Of a stretch of 64,000 bases of DNA, positions 42,720 through 51,510 are shown in pieces. The notes below the pieces were generated by a model. That model was not told the origin of the DNA and searched no databases. It saw only the letters and a program-made list of their open reading frames with translations. The position numbers and the translations under genes are program-made. Source of the DNA: Pedosphaera sp. (GTDB taxonomy: Bacteria; Verrucomicrobiota; Verrucomicrobiia; Limisphaerales; UBA9464). Each line of letters starts with the position of its first letter. Positions within the stretch are counted from its first letter, which is position 1. Where the stretch lies: positions 9,670 to 73,669 of the forward strand of contig SIBK01000010.1 in NCBI GenBank assembly GCA_009695205.1, in the 5' to 3' direction.

Positions 42720-43640
42720 ATGGGCTTTTTTGACAAACTAAAAACCGCCATCCAGCGGACGACTCAGAATCTGACGCACGAAATCAAGCGGATCGTCAGC
42801 CGTTCTCCCAAGTTGTCTGCCGAAAGCCTGGAGGAACTTGAGGCGGCATTGCTCGGTGCCGATCTAGGAATGCCAATGACACAGCAGATTCTGGCTGCCG
42901 CCCGGAAGGTGTTTGAAATGCAGGGGCACACCGGACTGGATTTCATCGAGATCGCCACCCGCGAGGTCGAAGCCAGCCTCTCGTCCGCGGCCGCCCCGCT
43001 CCGACGCCAGTCCACCGGCGTCACCGTCGTCTCGGTCGTCGGCGTAAACGGAACCGGGAAGACGACGACCTGCGCGAAACTGGCGCGTCGGGCTCAGGAT
43101 CAAGGTGAACCCGCGATGCTGGCGGCTTGCGACACTTTCCGCGCGGCGGCCATCGAGCAGCTGAGGCACTGGGGAACTCGTCTGGATGTGCCCGTGATAT
43201 CGGGTACTTATCAGGCGGATCCAGCTGCAGTAGCCTACGATGCGATAACGGCGGCTCAATCGCGGGGAGCTGCTTGGCTTTTCGTGGACACGGCGGGACG
43301 CCTTCACACGAAGAAGAACTTGATGGCGGAATTGAAGAAGGTCCATCGGGTGATGGAAAAGAAACTCCCGGGCGCACCGCATGAGGTGTTGTTGGTCCTC
43401 GATGGATCCACCGGCATGAATTCTCTGAACCAAGCCAGGGAGTTCCACAAGGCGGTGACCCTCACGGGGCTTGTGATTACGAAGCTGGACGGAACCAGCA
43501 AGGGCGGAGCGGTCGTGGCGATTCAGCGGGAATTGGGCATCCCGGTGAAATTCATTGGGATCGGTGAACAGCCGGAGGATTTGCAGCCGTTCAATGCCAG
43601 GGAATTCGCCGAAGCCCTGTTCGAGATGAAATCAAGCTGA
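42720..43640 (+). CDS. ftsY: signal recognition particle receptor
   Basis: ORF 42321..43640 trimmed to ATG 42720 (MGFFDKLK). SRP GTPase motifs GVNGTGKTTT, DTAGR and TKLDGT. Confidence 0.9.
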   Translation: MGFFDKLKTAIQRTTQNLTHEIKRIVSRSPKLSAESLEELEAALLGADLGMPMTQQILAAARKVFEMQGHTGLDFIEIATREVEASLSSAAAPLRRQSTGVTVVSVVGVNGTGKTTTCAKLARRAQDQGEPAMLAACDTFRAAAIEQLRHWGTRLDVPVISGTYQADPAAVAYDAITAAQSRGAAWLFVDTAGRLHTKKNLMAELKKVHRVMEKKLPGAPHEVLLVLDGSTGMNSLNQAREFHKAVTLTGLVITKLDGTSKGGAVVAIQRELGIPVKFIGIGEQPEDLQPFNAREFAEALFEMKSS

Positions 43641-43666
43641 TCCGCACGTCACACAGGCTGTCGCTC

Positions 43667-45403
43667 TTACGCCAGCGCCGCCATTCCAGACCGCACAAAC
43701 CCGATGATCTGCGCCGCTGCATCGTCGATTTTCACCGGTTGCGTCGGACCGGTTCTGGGCTTCAACTCAACTTCCCCCTTCGCAAGCGATTTCTCGCCCA
43801 CGTTGACCCGGAGCGGAAAGCCCACGAGTTCGCTGTCCTTGAATTTCACTCCGGGACGTTCGTCGCGATCGTCCAGGATGACATCGATTCCGGCGGCCGT
43901 AAGTTCCATGAGCAGTTTTTCTGCGACCTGCCGGGGTTGGCTTTCCGGGGCGACATTAAGCGGTGTGAGGCACACTTGGTGGGGTGCCACACTGAGCGGC
44001 CAGCAAATGCCGTCCTTGTCCTTGCATTGTTCGATCACCGCCTGCAGCGTCCGCGTAAGGCCTATCCCATAGCAACCCATCACGGTGGTCTGCCGGGAGC
44101 CATCTTCCGCCAGAAATGTCGAATTCAGTTTTTCACTATATTTGGTTCCCAGTTTGAAAACGTGGCCGACTTCGATGGCGCGCCGGATTTTGAGCGCCTC
44201 CCCGGTCTCCACGCACTGTTCACCGGCGCGCACCATACGGAAATCGGCCCAGTGGCTCACCCGGATGTCGCGATCCATCTCCACATTGTGAAGATGAAAG
44301 CCGTCCACATTGGCCCCGGTGGTCATCCCTCGCGCGCCACGAAGAACTTCATCGGCATAGACCGAAACGTCATGAGGAACATTATGTGCGCCTCCCAACG
44401 AGCCAGGATGGGCGCCAAGGGTCGCGACGATCTCGTCAACGGTGGCGGGTCGCGCCTGGATTGCACCCGTTTTGGCCAATAATTTAGCCGAGTTCAGTTG
44501 ATCGTCGCCGCGCATGAGAATGAGCGCCGGCTTCGAATCGAGGATGTAGACAAGCGTTTTGATTTGGGCGTGGGCCGGCACCGAGTGAGGCGCTGCCGCG
44601 AGAGCTTCGATAGAAACTACCCCAGGGGTCGGAAACTTTTCCGGTGAATCTCCGGTTCCGTCGGTCGGTGTTGAGGGTGAGGGTCCGCGGCTGGTGGCCT
44701 TCTCGATATTCGCCGCATATCCACCCGATTCGCAGTATACGACCTCATTTTCACCGGTTTCGGCGGGGACCATAAATTCATGAGAATGGTTGCCGCCGAT
44801 CACCCCGGTGTCCGCCTCTACGGGGAACGCTTTGAGGCCGCACCTGAAAAAAATCCGGGTATACGCGTCATACATGCGGCGGTAGCTTGCCATGGCACCC
44901 TCATCGCTCGTGTCGAACGAATAGGCATCCTTCATGATGAACTCCTTCGCACGCATGAGCCCGAAACGAGGCCGGATTTCATCTCGAAACTTCGTCTGGA
45001 TTTGATAAAAATTCCGCGGAAACTGCCGGTAAGAATTCAACTCGTTGGCCGCCAGAGTCGTGATTACCTCCTCATGGGTGGGTCCGAGAACCCATTCCTT
45101 TCGAGCACGATCACGAATCTTGTAGAGGACGTCGGCAGCAGTTTCGTATCGGCCGGACTGCTTCCAGATCTCGGAAGGCTGGAGGGCGGGCATCAGCACC
45201 TCGATGCCACCGGCCCGGTTCATTTCCTGGCGGATGATTTGCTCGATTTTTCGCAGAGCCCGCAGGCCCATGGGCAGGAACGTGTAGAGACCTCCCGTCA
45301 GCTTGCGGACGAGACCTGCGCGGAGCAGAAGTTGGTGGGAGACGATTTCGGCGTCGGACGGAGTCTCCTTAAGCGTGGGAATGAATGTCTGGGTCCAGTA
45401 CAT
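43667..45403 (-). CDS. proS: prolyl-tRNA synthetase
   Basis: Trimmed to ATG 45403 (MYWTQTFIPTLKE). Class II motifs, an editing-domain insertion and a C-terminal anticodon-binding domain. 578 aa bacterial type. Confidence 0.9.
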   Translation of the reverse strand: MYWTQTFIPTLKETPSDAEIVSHQLLLRAGLVRKLTGGLYTFLPMGLRALRKIEQIIRQEMNRAGGIEVLMPALQPSEIWKQSGRYETAADVLYKIRDRARKEWVLGPTHEEVITTLAANELNSYRQFPRNFYQIQTKFRDEIRPRFGLMRAKEFIMKDAYSFDTSDEGAMASYRRMYDAYTRIFFRCGLKAFPVEADTGVIGGNHSHEFMVPAETGENEVVYCESGGYAANIEKATSRGPSPSTPTDGTGDSPEKFPTPGVVSIEALAAAPHSVPAHAQIKTLVYILDSKPALILMRGDDQLNSAKLLAKTGAIQARPATVDEIVATLGAHPGSLGGAHNVPHDVSVYADEVLRGARGMTTGANVDGFHLHNVEMDRDIRVSHWADFRMVRAGEQCVETGEALKIRRAIEVGHVFKLGTKYSEKLNSTFLAEDGSRQTTVMGCYGIGLTRTLQAVIEQCKDKDGICWPLSVAPHQVCLTPLNVAPESQPRQVAEKLLMELTAAGIDVILDDRDERPGVKFKDSELVGFPLRVNVGEKSLAKGEVELKPRTGPTQPVKIDDAAAQIIGFVRSGMAALA

Positions 45404-45474
45404 AAAAAAGAGGTCCCCACCGTTTCCTCGGAGCGCGCCCGGGAAATCGAGGAGAACCGAATCGAGGGTTTGGA

Positions 45475-46230
45475 CTATTTGACCGTGTTCACCAGCGGAG
45501 CCATTCCCTCGATGCGAACCTCGAGACGGTCGCCAGATTCGATCTTCCCGATGCCGCTCGGCGTGCCGGTAAGGATGATGTCCCCCGGCAGCAGTGTCAT
45601 GTTGATAGAGATGAAGCTGACGAGATCGAAGCAATTGAAAATTAGCTGGTTGGTGTTGCCGTTCTGGCGTAGTTGACCGTTTTGAAACAGCTGAACACTC
45701 AGGTCATGCGGATCTATCTTGGTTTCGACGTAGGGCCCAAGCGGGGTGAAGGTGTCGAAGGATTTTGCACGGGTCCATTGACTCTCACCTGCTTGGATTG
45801 TCCGATCGCTGATATCCTGGGCGGCTGTGTAGCCGAAAATGTAGCGCGCCGCTGCTGCAGAGGTCACATTGCGCATGCGCCGGCCAATAACAATTGCCAG
45901 TTCTGCTTCAAAATCCGTTCGGTGATTCGGGAACGGGATCTCAATTTTTGCACCGTCCGGAATGAGCGATGTCGGCGCCTTAAGCCAAAATAGCGGTTCC
46001 TTCGGCAGTGGCTTGCCCGTTTCCCGTGCGTGGTCCGCATAGTTGAGTCCGACCGCAATAATCTTCGACGGTTGGACGGGCGTGAGTGTTTTCACGCCTT
46101 TCAGAGGTGTCGGCTTCTTATCAAACGACGGAGAACCGAAAACATCCCCGTGCAATTTGAAGATCTCTCCGTCCACAACCTTCGCGTAATAAATCTCGTC
46201 TGCTTTTTGGAAGCGGCCGATGGCAGCCAT
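45475..46230 (-). CDS. fumarylacetoacetate hydrolase (FAH) family protein
   Basis: IIAVGLNYADHARE, FEAELAIVIG and GDIILTGTPSGIG motifs. Confidence 0.85.
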   Translation of the reverse strand: MAAIGRFQKADEIYYAKVVDGEIFKLHGDVFGSPSFDKKPTPLKGVKTLTPVQPSKIIAVGLNYADHARETGKPLPKEPLFWLKAPTSLIPDGAKIEIPFPNHRTDFEAELAIVIGRRMRNVTSAAAARYIFGYTAAQDISDRTIQAGESQWTRAKSFDTFTPLGPYVETKIDPHDLSVQLFQNGQLRQNGNTNQLIFNCFDLVSFISINMTLLPGDIILTGTPSGIGKIESGDRLEVRIEGMAPLVNTVK

Positions 46231-46248
46231 AATTAGAGGCCGACCGTA

Positions 46249-46743
46249 TCAGATCTGTTGCCTGCACCGCAAGCTAAAGGCAAGAATATGTTTGAATTTT
46301 CCCTTCCTATTCATCTTCAATTCGTCAAGTACTGGTGGGACGGTTGGAGTCTTCGTGCCAATCGTCCTCAACACCAGGCCCGCCCGGTTTCGCTGATAGA
46401 AGAGATTGACGCGGAACCTGCCCAGGTTGGGAATGGTGACGGGCTTTGCCCTGCCGTCACCGGGAAATTCCCCGGTACAGAGGATTTCCACCGGCACTTT
46501 GGTCTGTGCATCAAGGTACGCGCGGCGCTCGCTGGGACATTTCGCCACGTAGCCGCGCCCCACGCACCGCTCCTCAAATGCTCTCAGTCCATCCGTCGTG
46601 AGCAAAATATCCACATCCCGCGTCATCCGCTCATAGCCATGAAGTCCGAGCGCCATTCCGCCGACGAGCACGTAGGGCATTCGTTCTTTATCCAGACGGG
46701 CGGCAAGACGTTCCAGAGTCGAGTGGGTGGCATCTTGTTTCAT
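46249..46743 (-). pseudogene. chimeric decayed ORF: nucleotidyltransferase-like domain joined to a PilT fragment
   Basis: N-terminal part YVLVGGMALGLHGYERMTRDVDILL is MNT/AbiEii-like. From about 46430 downward it reads LGRFRVNLFYQRNRAGLVLRTIGTKTPTV..LDELKM, which matches the PilT segment ARFRVNAFNQNRGAGAVFRTIPSKV..EELGM. No Walker A follows. Confidence 0.4.
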
Positions 46744-46946
46744 AAAAAACGCCTCGACGTCACGCAGACCCTGCCGCGGGGAGCCGAATGCAAGCGCTGC
46801 GACAGTGGGAATAGGCATGGCTGCAGACTGGCACGTGAGTCGCTCTCCGGCATCAGACGAATCGCAACGATATAGACCACAAGAGAGAGCTTTCCCTTCC
46901 AATCCCTGCCTAGCGCCTTCGCCAACACCGATTGAGGTCCATGCCG

Positions 46947-47000
46947 TGCGATGATGGCGAGGACGCCGTCGCTGAATGCTTCGAGCCGGTTCTTGGTCAT
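46947..47000 (-). pseudogene. DUF1211/TMEM175-like N-terminal fragment
   Basis: MTKNRLEAFSDGVLAIIA matches the conserved RLEAFSDGV.AI start of DUF1211 channels. Similarity ends after about 18 codons. Confidence 0.35.
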
Positions 47001-47063
47001 GTGTGCGACATCGTGCCTCAATCTCGGAGCAACTTGAAGGCAAAGTTGCCACGCCCGTGGTCG

Positions 47064-47297
47064 TTACAGCCGCCCTTCCTCGGCGTCATACATTTCGAAG
47101 AAGAAGCGGACCTTGTTCGGCCGTGGGCAGAAGCGCGGGATGCAGCTCTCCAAGTACTCATGGTAGCTGTCGGGCAGTTCGCTGATGTGGTTGTCCTTGA
47201 GCGAATTGTTCCAGCAACCGCACGCTGGCAAGCTGGCAAGCGTGTCCCTCGTGAGGAACATATTCAGTCCGAAGACGACGAACAAGACGGCGAGCAA
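47064..47297 (-). CDS. hypothetical small membrane protein (possibly the 3' part of an IS-interrupted gene)
   Basis: TTG-start ORF with an N-terminal helix. The frame stays open upstream as far as the IS boundary at 47360. Confidence 0.3.
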   Translation of the reverse strand: MLAVLFVVFGLNMFLTRDTLASLPACGCWNNSLKDNHISELPDSYHEYLESCIPRFCPRPNKVRFFFEMYDAEEGRL

Positions 47298-47360
47298 GGC
47301 TCCGGCGATGGTCGGGATATATTTTATCGGTGTTATTGTCCGGCTGCAGTGGCGTGGTGA

Positions 47361-47377
47361 TCATAACCATCCGGTCA
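47361..47377 (+). repeat. IS left terminal inverted repeat
   Basis: TCATAACCATCCGGTCA, read directly from the sequence. Confidence 0.8.
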
Positions 47378-47498
47378 CGGAGTCGAAATGTGGTCGGAAG
47401 TTATTCATGTCAGCATAGTTGCGACGAGATTTGGGTGTGAGCGATTCCGGGTTGAAATGCTGAATTCCCGTAAGCAGCGGGCATGCCAACCTCTCGGC

Positions 47499-48665
47499 AT
47501 GCCGCTAAATAAATCCGTCTTTTCGCAAGGCATGGATCGCGTCCATCCAGAGTTATTTCGTCGTTGCGTCGATCGTTATGCCGAAAACTATAAGACGTCT
47601 TCCTTCTCCTGCTGGGATCAATTCCTCACCATGGCGTTCGTGCAACTCACCTATAGGCAGAGCCTCGTGGACCTAAAGACTTGTCTCCGTGCCAGACCCG
47701 ATCAACTCTACCACTTAGGCTTCCGATCGTCGGTCTCCCATAGCACTCTGGCCGACGCCAATCTCAACCGAGACCGGAGAATCTATGCCGAACTTGCACA
47801 GTCGCTGATCCGGAGAGCCCGACGGCTTTATTCCGGTGACCCACTTGACGCGGAGATTGCCAAGACCGTCTATGCGTTCGACTCCACAACTGTTCAACTC
47901 TGTCTGAGCCTCTTTCCCTGCGCGAAGTTCCGCACCGGCAAGGGTGCCATCAAGCTCCACACCCTCATTGATGTTCGCGGGGCGGTGCCGACGATGATCA
48001 CGATTTCCGAAGGGAAAATGGCCGATGTGAGGGCGTTGGATGAGTTGGTGATCGAACCCGGTGCGTGCTATGTCATGGATCGTGGCTATCTCGACTTTGC
48101 TCGCCTCCGTGTGCTGGCGGAGGCCGGCGCATTATTCGTGACCCGGACCAAGGCTGGGGTTCTTTTCAGCCGGCAGGAATCGATGCCCGTAGACAAGTCT
48201 ACCGGTGTCCGCAGCGACCATGTCGTATTGCTGGTTACAGCGGCGAGCATCAAGAACTACCCGGAGCGAATGCGTTAGGTGGCCTACCGGGATCCAGAGG
48301 ACGGGAAAGTGCTGGTGTTCTTGACGAACAACTTTGTGCTGGCGGCCTTTAAGATTGCCGCCATCTATAAGTTGCGATGGCGTTTGGAACTATTCTTCAA
48401 ATGGATTAAGCAGAATTTCCGCATCGAACACTTCTATGGCACGAGTGAAAACGCGGTGAAAACACAAATCTGGATCGCGGTTTGCGTTTATCTGCTCGTG
48501 GCGATCCTGAGGAAGGAACTGGGTGTGGAGATGAGCTCCTCCCAAATTCTCCAGATTTTGAGCGTGACACCGTTTGAACAAGTACCTCTGAATGAGTTAC
48601 TTGCGAGGTTTCGATCCCAAGATATTCCTATATCTCCTCCTAACCAGTCGATGCTGTGGCAGTAA
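47499..48665 (+). pseudogene. IS4-family DDE transposase with in-frame TAG
   Basis: ORFs 47388..48278 and 48279..48665 are contiguous in one frame, separated only by TAG 48276-48278 (..YPERMR*VAYRDPEDGK..). Conserved FSCWDQFLTMAFVQLTYRQSL, DRGYLDF and RWRLELFFKWIKQN motifs. Likely start is ATG 47499 (MPLNKSVFSQ). Confidence 0.8.
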
Positions 48666-48682
48666 TGACCGGATGGTTATGA
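48666..48682 (-). repeat. IS right terminal inverted repeat
   Basis: TGACCGGATGGTTATGA is the exact reverse complement of the left IR. It starts directly after the transposase TAA. Confidence 0.8.
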
Positions 48683-48819
48683 GTGCAGACCTACCCCCTT
48701 CCGGTTAGCCTCGGAGTTGGCGCATCCTCCGCGGTACATGTTTTTGCGCGCCTCAAATCTCATCGCACCGATGCCGAGAATTCGACGCCTGCTAGCTGGC
48801 CAGTTTTCTTTATTACGAT

Positions 48820-49060
48820 TTGCACCTCGATTGGTTCTGGGCGGAACGCTTACCCGCCAGTCGCAAAGGCACGCGGTGGGATTTGGTTTTGCAAACCCTC
48901 GTGGTCTACCGGCTCCTGGCTCCAGGCAGTGAGTGGTTCTTACATCGGCACTGGTTCGATTCCACTGCCATGGCCGATCTGTTAGCGGAGGATTTTGGGT
49001 TGGTGGAGATCCACAAAATTTATGAATGCCTCGACCAACGTTGCGCCTACAAAACCTCGC
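48820..49060 (+). pseudogene. fragment of an IS1634-like (IS4-superfamily) transposase
   Basis: LDWFWAERL..TRWDLVLQTLVVYRLLAPGSEW..HWFDSTAMADLLAEDF..IHKIYECLDQ follows the N-terminal pattern of IS1634-type transposases (EFWQERL..NRLCAPGSEL..RWY..TALDDLLG..LYRCLD). Similarity is lost after about 80 codons and no DDE domain is present. Confidence 0.5.
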
Positions 49061-49087
49061 TCGCACGCCACGGGTCGATGAGCTCAC

Positions 49088-49200
49088 TCAGAAGTACGAG
49101 GGCATCGATCCCGACAGAAGCCTTGCCCCTTCGGCAATGTTTAGAACGACGCTCTTTGCAGCCCTCCGAAAATGATCACACTCCAGGGCGCTCCGCGCCT
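49088..49200 (-). pseudogene. four-helix-bundle protein (23S rRNA IVS-type) fragment
   Basis: Only the signature RRAAKSVVLNIAEGARL is recognisable (family motif S..NIAEG). Confidence 0.3.
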
Positions 49201-49425
49201 TCAGAGCGCAGGTTTGCCAACAACTTCGGGATGCGCCCCCGTCTCGACAGGCCGCGAATTGTGTGCTTGCGATTGTCCAAAACTTTGGTGTACGTGTACC
49301 GCCGCAAGCCTGAACTTGCCCCGGTTTTGTTGCTTGCCGTTGCAATGCGTTTCACAAGGCAACACTGTCGAAAATCTTGTAGCAACTGCCTGGCTGGTTC
49401 TCATAAGTGCTTCACAATCAGTATT

Positions 49426-49468
49426 GCGTGCGTGGCGAAATGGCAGACGCGCCAGACTTAGGATTTGG
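49426..49468 (+). tRNA. tRNA-Leu(UAG)-like 5' half (fragment, not a functional tRNA)
   Basis: GCGTGCG-TG-GCG-AAATGGCAGA-CGC-G-CCAGA-CTTAGGA-TTTGG folds as acceptor 5' strand, class II D-arm and anticodon arm with anticodon TAG. No T-arm (GTTCRA) and no matching acceptor 3' strand follow. Confidence 0.45.
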
Positions 49469-49755
49469 CTTTCGGGGGTTTCAGGGGGTGCCTTTGCGTT
49501 TCAACAAAATCGACCAACCCATTGATTCCATTGGATGAATCCCACGTTAGCTGTATCAATCGCTGGTTTGATAACAATTGCCAATACTGTCGCAATTAGT
49601 GTCGCAATTTTGAAACGGTCAATTCCGAGCGGATATCCCATCACCGCATTGCTTGGCGTCATGGCCGTTGCTTTCCGACGGTCCCCCGGGTATCCGGTAG
49701 CGATGGTCAAAGGACTTGTCCCCTCCGCCCTGTCGAAAGCCCTTGCGCGCCGGCG

Positions 49756-50241
49756 TCAAGGGGCGGCTTTGGCGACGCGCTCCATTCGGAGAAGAGCCCG
49801 GCGAAGGGCCGTGCGCTTTGCTTCGCTTTCTTGGAAGACCATGCCCGCTTGACGGTCAAACCCTGAGGCATCGGCCCCGTCGGCCTTCTGTTTTTCTACC
49901 GATTCGCACAAACCGAGAAATACCGCGTCTAGCCGGGCAATGTCTGCCACCAGCATTCGCGCCAGGAAAACGAGATTCAATATCGGGGTATCGGTCCCGT
50001 CGTTGGCGCGCTGCCTGAACTCGTCACGGATCCGAGAGCAGCGCCGTTTTACTTTTTCTTGCGTGGAAGGGTTCCAGCCGAGCCAGTTAAGTAAATCCTG
50101 GACGTTCTTTGTTGGGCATCCTGAAGAAACCCAGGTCGATGCGGCCTTAGCCCTAACTTCGAACAGGGTAGAAATTTCGTTTGAGCGGAGAAACCCATCG
50201 GCAGACGTGGTGTCTGGTTTTGTCATTTTAGGGGTTTTCAT
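49756..50241 (-). CDS. phage-like HTH DNA-binding protein (Nu1/terminase-small-like)
   Basis: 161-aa ORF. The segment FLRSNEISTLFEVRAKAASTWVSSGCP resembles the N-terminal wHTH of small terminase/Nu1-type proteins. Preceded by an AT-rich block. Functional call is tentative. Confidence 0.45.
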   Translation of the reverse strand: MKTPKMTKPDTTSADGFLRSNEISTLFEVRAKAASTWVSSGCPTKNVQDLLNWLGWNPSTQEKVKRRCSRIRDEFRQRANDGTDTPILNLVFLARMLVADIARLDAVFLGLCESVEKQKADGADASGFDRQAGMVFQESEAKRTALRRALLRMERVAKAAP

Positions 50242-50578
50242 TGGTGTTTTGTACTGGTTTGCAAAAAACTTAGTCTGTGATGCTTATTTTGAGATATTGT
50301 GACAAATATTATGAAGTCACCGTTACTCGTTTACTTTTCAGCTAGTAATATATTCCTTATGTTGAAATGAAAACCCCGAAAACTTTTCGGAATGACCCAC
50401 AGGGGGCGGGCGGGGCGGTCCTCACCAGCGCGGGGTGGCGAGGTTTCTGCGGCCGTTTGGTGCATGGACGCCGGGCGGTTTCGCGAGCGCGTGACGGGCA
50501 GCCTGGGGCAGGATCGGCGGCCGAGGCCAAGGTTTGGATTTGGGGAATTGCCGCGTGAGGGTGGGGTCGGTTTCTCTC

Positions 50579-50823
50579 AACGCCCCACGCTCCCTCCCCT
50601 TATAAAGGGTCGGGGCGTTCGGGGCGTAGACACATGAGGACGCAACGCCCCAAGGCCGAAAAGGGCGTAGTCGGGGCGTAGGGGCGTTGATGCAGTATCC
50701 CCCTTGTTTGCAAGGGTTTTGTAACGCCCCACCTTCTTTTGGGAGCGGGGGCGTTGATGTCGGGAAAGTGACCCCAAAAACAACGCCCCGATGCCATCTC
50801 TGAATCCGAGGTGACTGGGGCGT
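50579..50823. repeat. cluster of 11 short iteron-like repeats GGGGCGT(T/A)
   Basis: Forward copies at 50612, 50621, 50663 (GGGCGT), 50673, 50681, 50748 and 50817. Reverse copies (AACGCCCC) at 50579, 50644, 50723 and 50782. GGGGCGTTGATG occurs twice (50681, 50748). Confidence 0.7.
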
Positions 50824-51458
50824 CATTTCTCGAGCCTCCGCTCTCCGGAAAGATCCTTTACGATCACAACCGCGGCCTCCATTTTCTCCATACGTTTTCG
50901 TGAACCGCTTTTACTCTTCATGCGCAGTTGGTCTTTCAGCCGGTCGATGAATTCACCCCACGGTAGGGACTCTCGTTTCGAATAAAGGAACACGGATTGC
51001 GCCTCGCTCAAAAGTTGTGCACGTTGAGCGTCAAATTTCGAGCGTCCGCCCGCGGTGGTGGATACGTGCATCCGGTGTTCATCTGACCACTCGAAGCGGG
51101 TTCCCTTGTCCTTGGGAATTGGTGCGTGGCGGTTTTTGTCGCTCCACACAACGGCAACGTCTTCGTCCTTGTCGAGTCTGAGGTTTGTTTCCGATTTCCG
51201 TTCGAGTTGGCTCCCAAGGTGACCTCTGGTTTTGGGAGTGCCTCCTTTTGCCTGTCCACCGGGATTCAGATGAATGACCAAAACGATGGCGCATTCAAAT
51301 TGGATGGCCAGTGCGTGCAACTCCGCAACGAAAGCGTTTGATTCCGCGGCGTCGTTGACGTCCAGAACCAGGTCAGCGATGCCGTCGATAAAAACGGAGT
51401 GGACACCACCGAGGTCAGCTTTGGCGGTTTCCAGCAAGAGCGTCAGAAGTAGCCTCAC
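50823..51458 (-). pseudogene. RepA/AAA_25 (P4-type primase-helicase-like) ATPase, N-terminally truncated
   Basis: VFIDGIADLV..ELHALAIQFECAIVLVIHLNP matches the Walker B/sensor region of RecA-fold AAA_25 proteins. No Walker A is present. The upstream part is replaced by the 3' end of the SMP-30-like gene region. Confidence 0.55.
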
Positions 51459-51510
51459 CTCGCTTACAGTAAATCCAGTCAGGCAGTGAGACCGGAACCA
51501 AGGCGGCGGC

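Larger units (their letters stand above)
47361..48682 (+). mobile_element. IS4-family insertion sequence (1322 bp)
   Basis: Perfect 17-bp terminal inverted repeats TCATAACCATCCGGTCA (47361-47377; reverse complement at 48666-48682) enclose a DUF4372+DDE transposase. No clear target-site duplication. Confidence 0.8.

Noticed and set aside
16720-48278. Possibility that in-frame TAG codons (16720, 17068, 48276) indicate amber reassignment or pyrrolysine-type decoding
   Set aside because: TAG terminates otherwise normal, full-length genes in the same window (stops at 2557 and 5852). No pyl-type genes were seen, and the affected loci include obvious debris. Simple nonsense mutations or sequencing errors are more parsimonious.
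47064-49087. Removing the IS (47361-48682) joins minus-strand ORFs 48677..49087 and 47064..47360 in frame, suggesting the IS split one gene
   Set aside because: Frame continuity has a one-in-three chance. The upstream ORF is antisense to a recognisable transposase fragment and has an Arg/Gly-rich artefact-like translation. No target duplication was found.
50579-50823. CRISPR array
   Set aside because: The repeats are only 7-8 nt long, occur in both orientations and have irregular spacing of 2-60 nt. No cas genes are present.
50367-50826. ORFs 50367..50558, 50392..50637, 50422..50826 and others across the repeat cluster
   Set aside because: They overlap one another in several frames, have Gly/Arg/Pro-rich low-complexity translations typical of GC-rich non-coding DNA, and are built from the GGGGCGT repeats.
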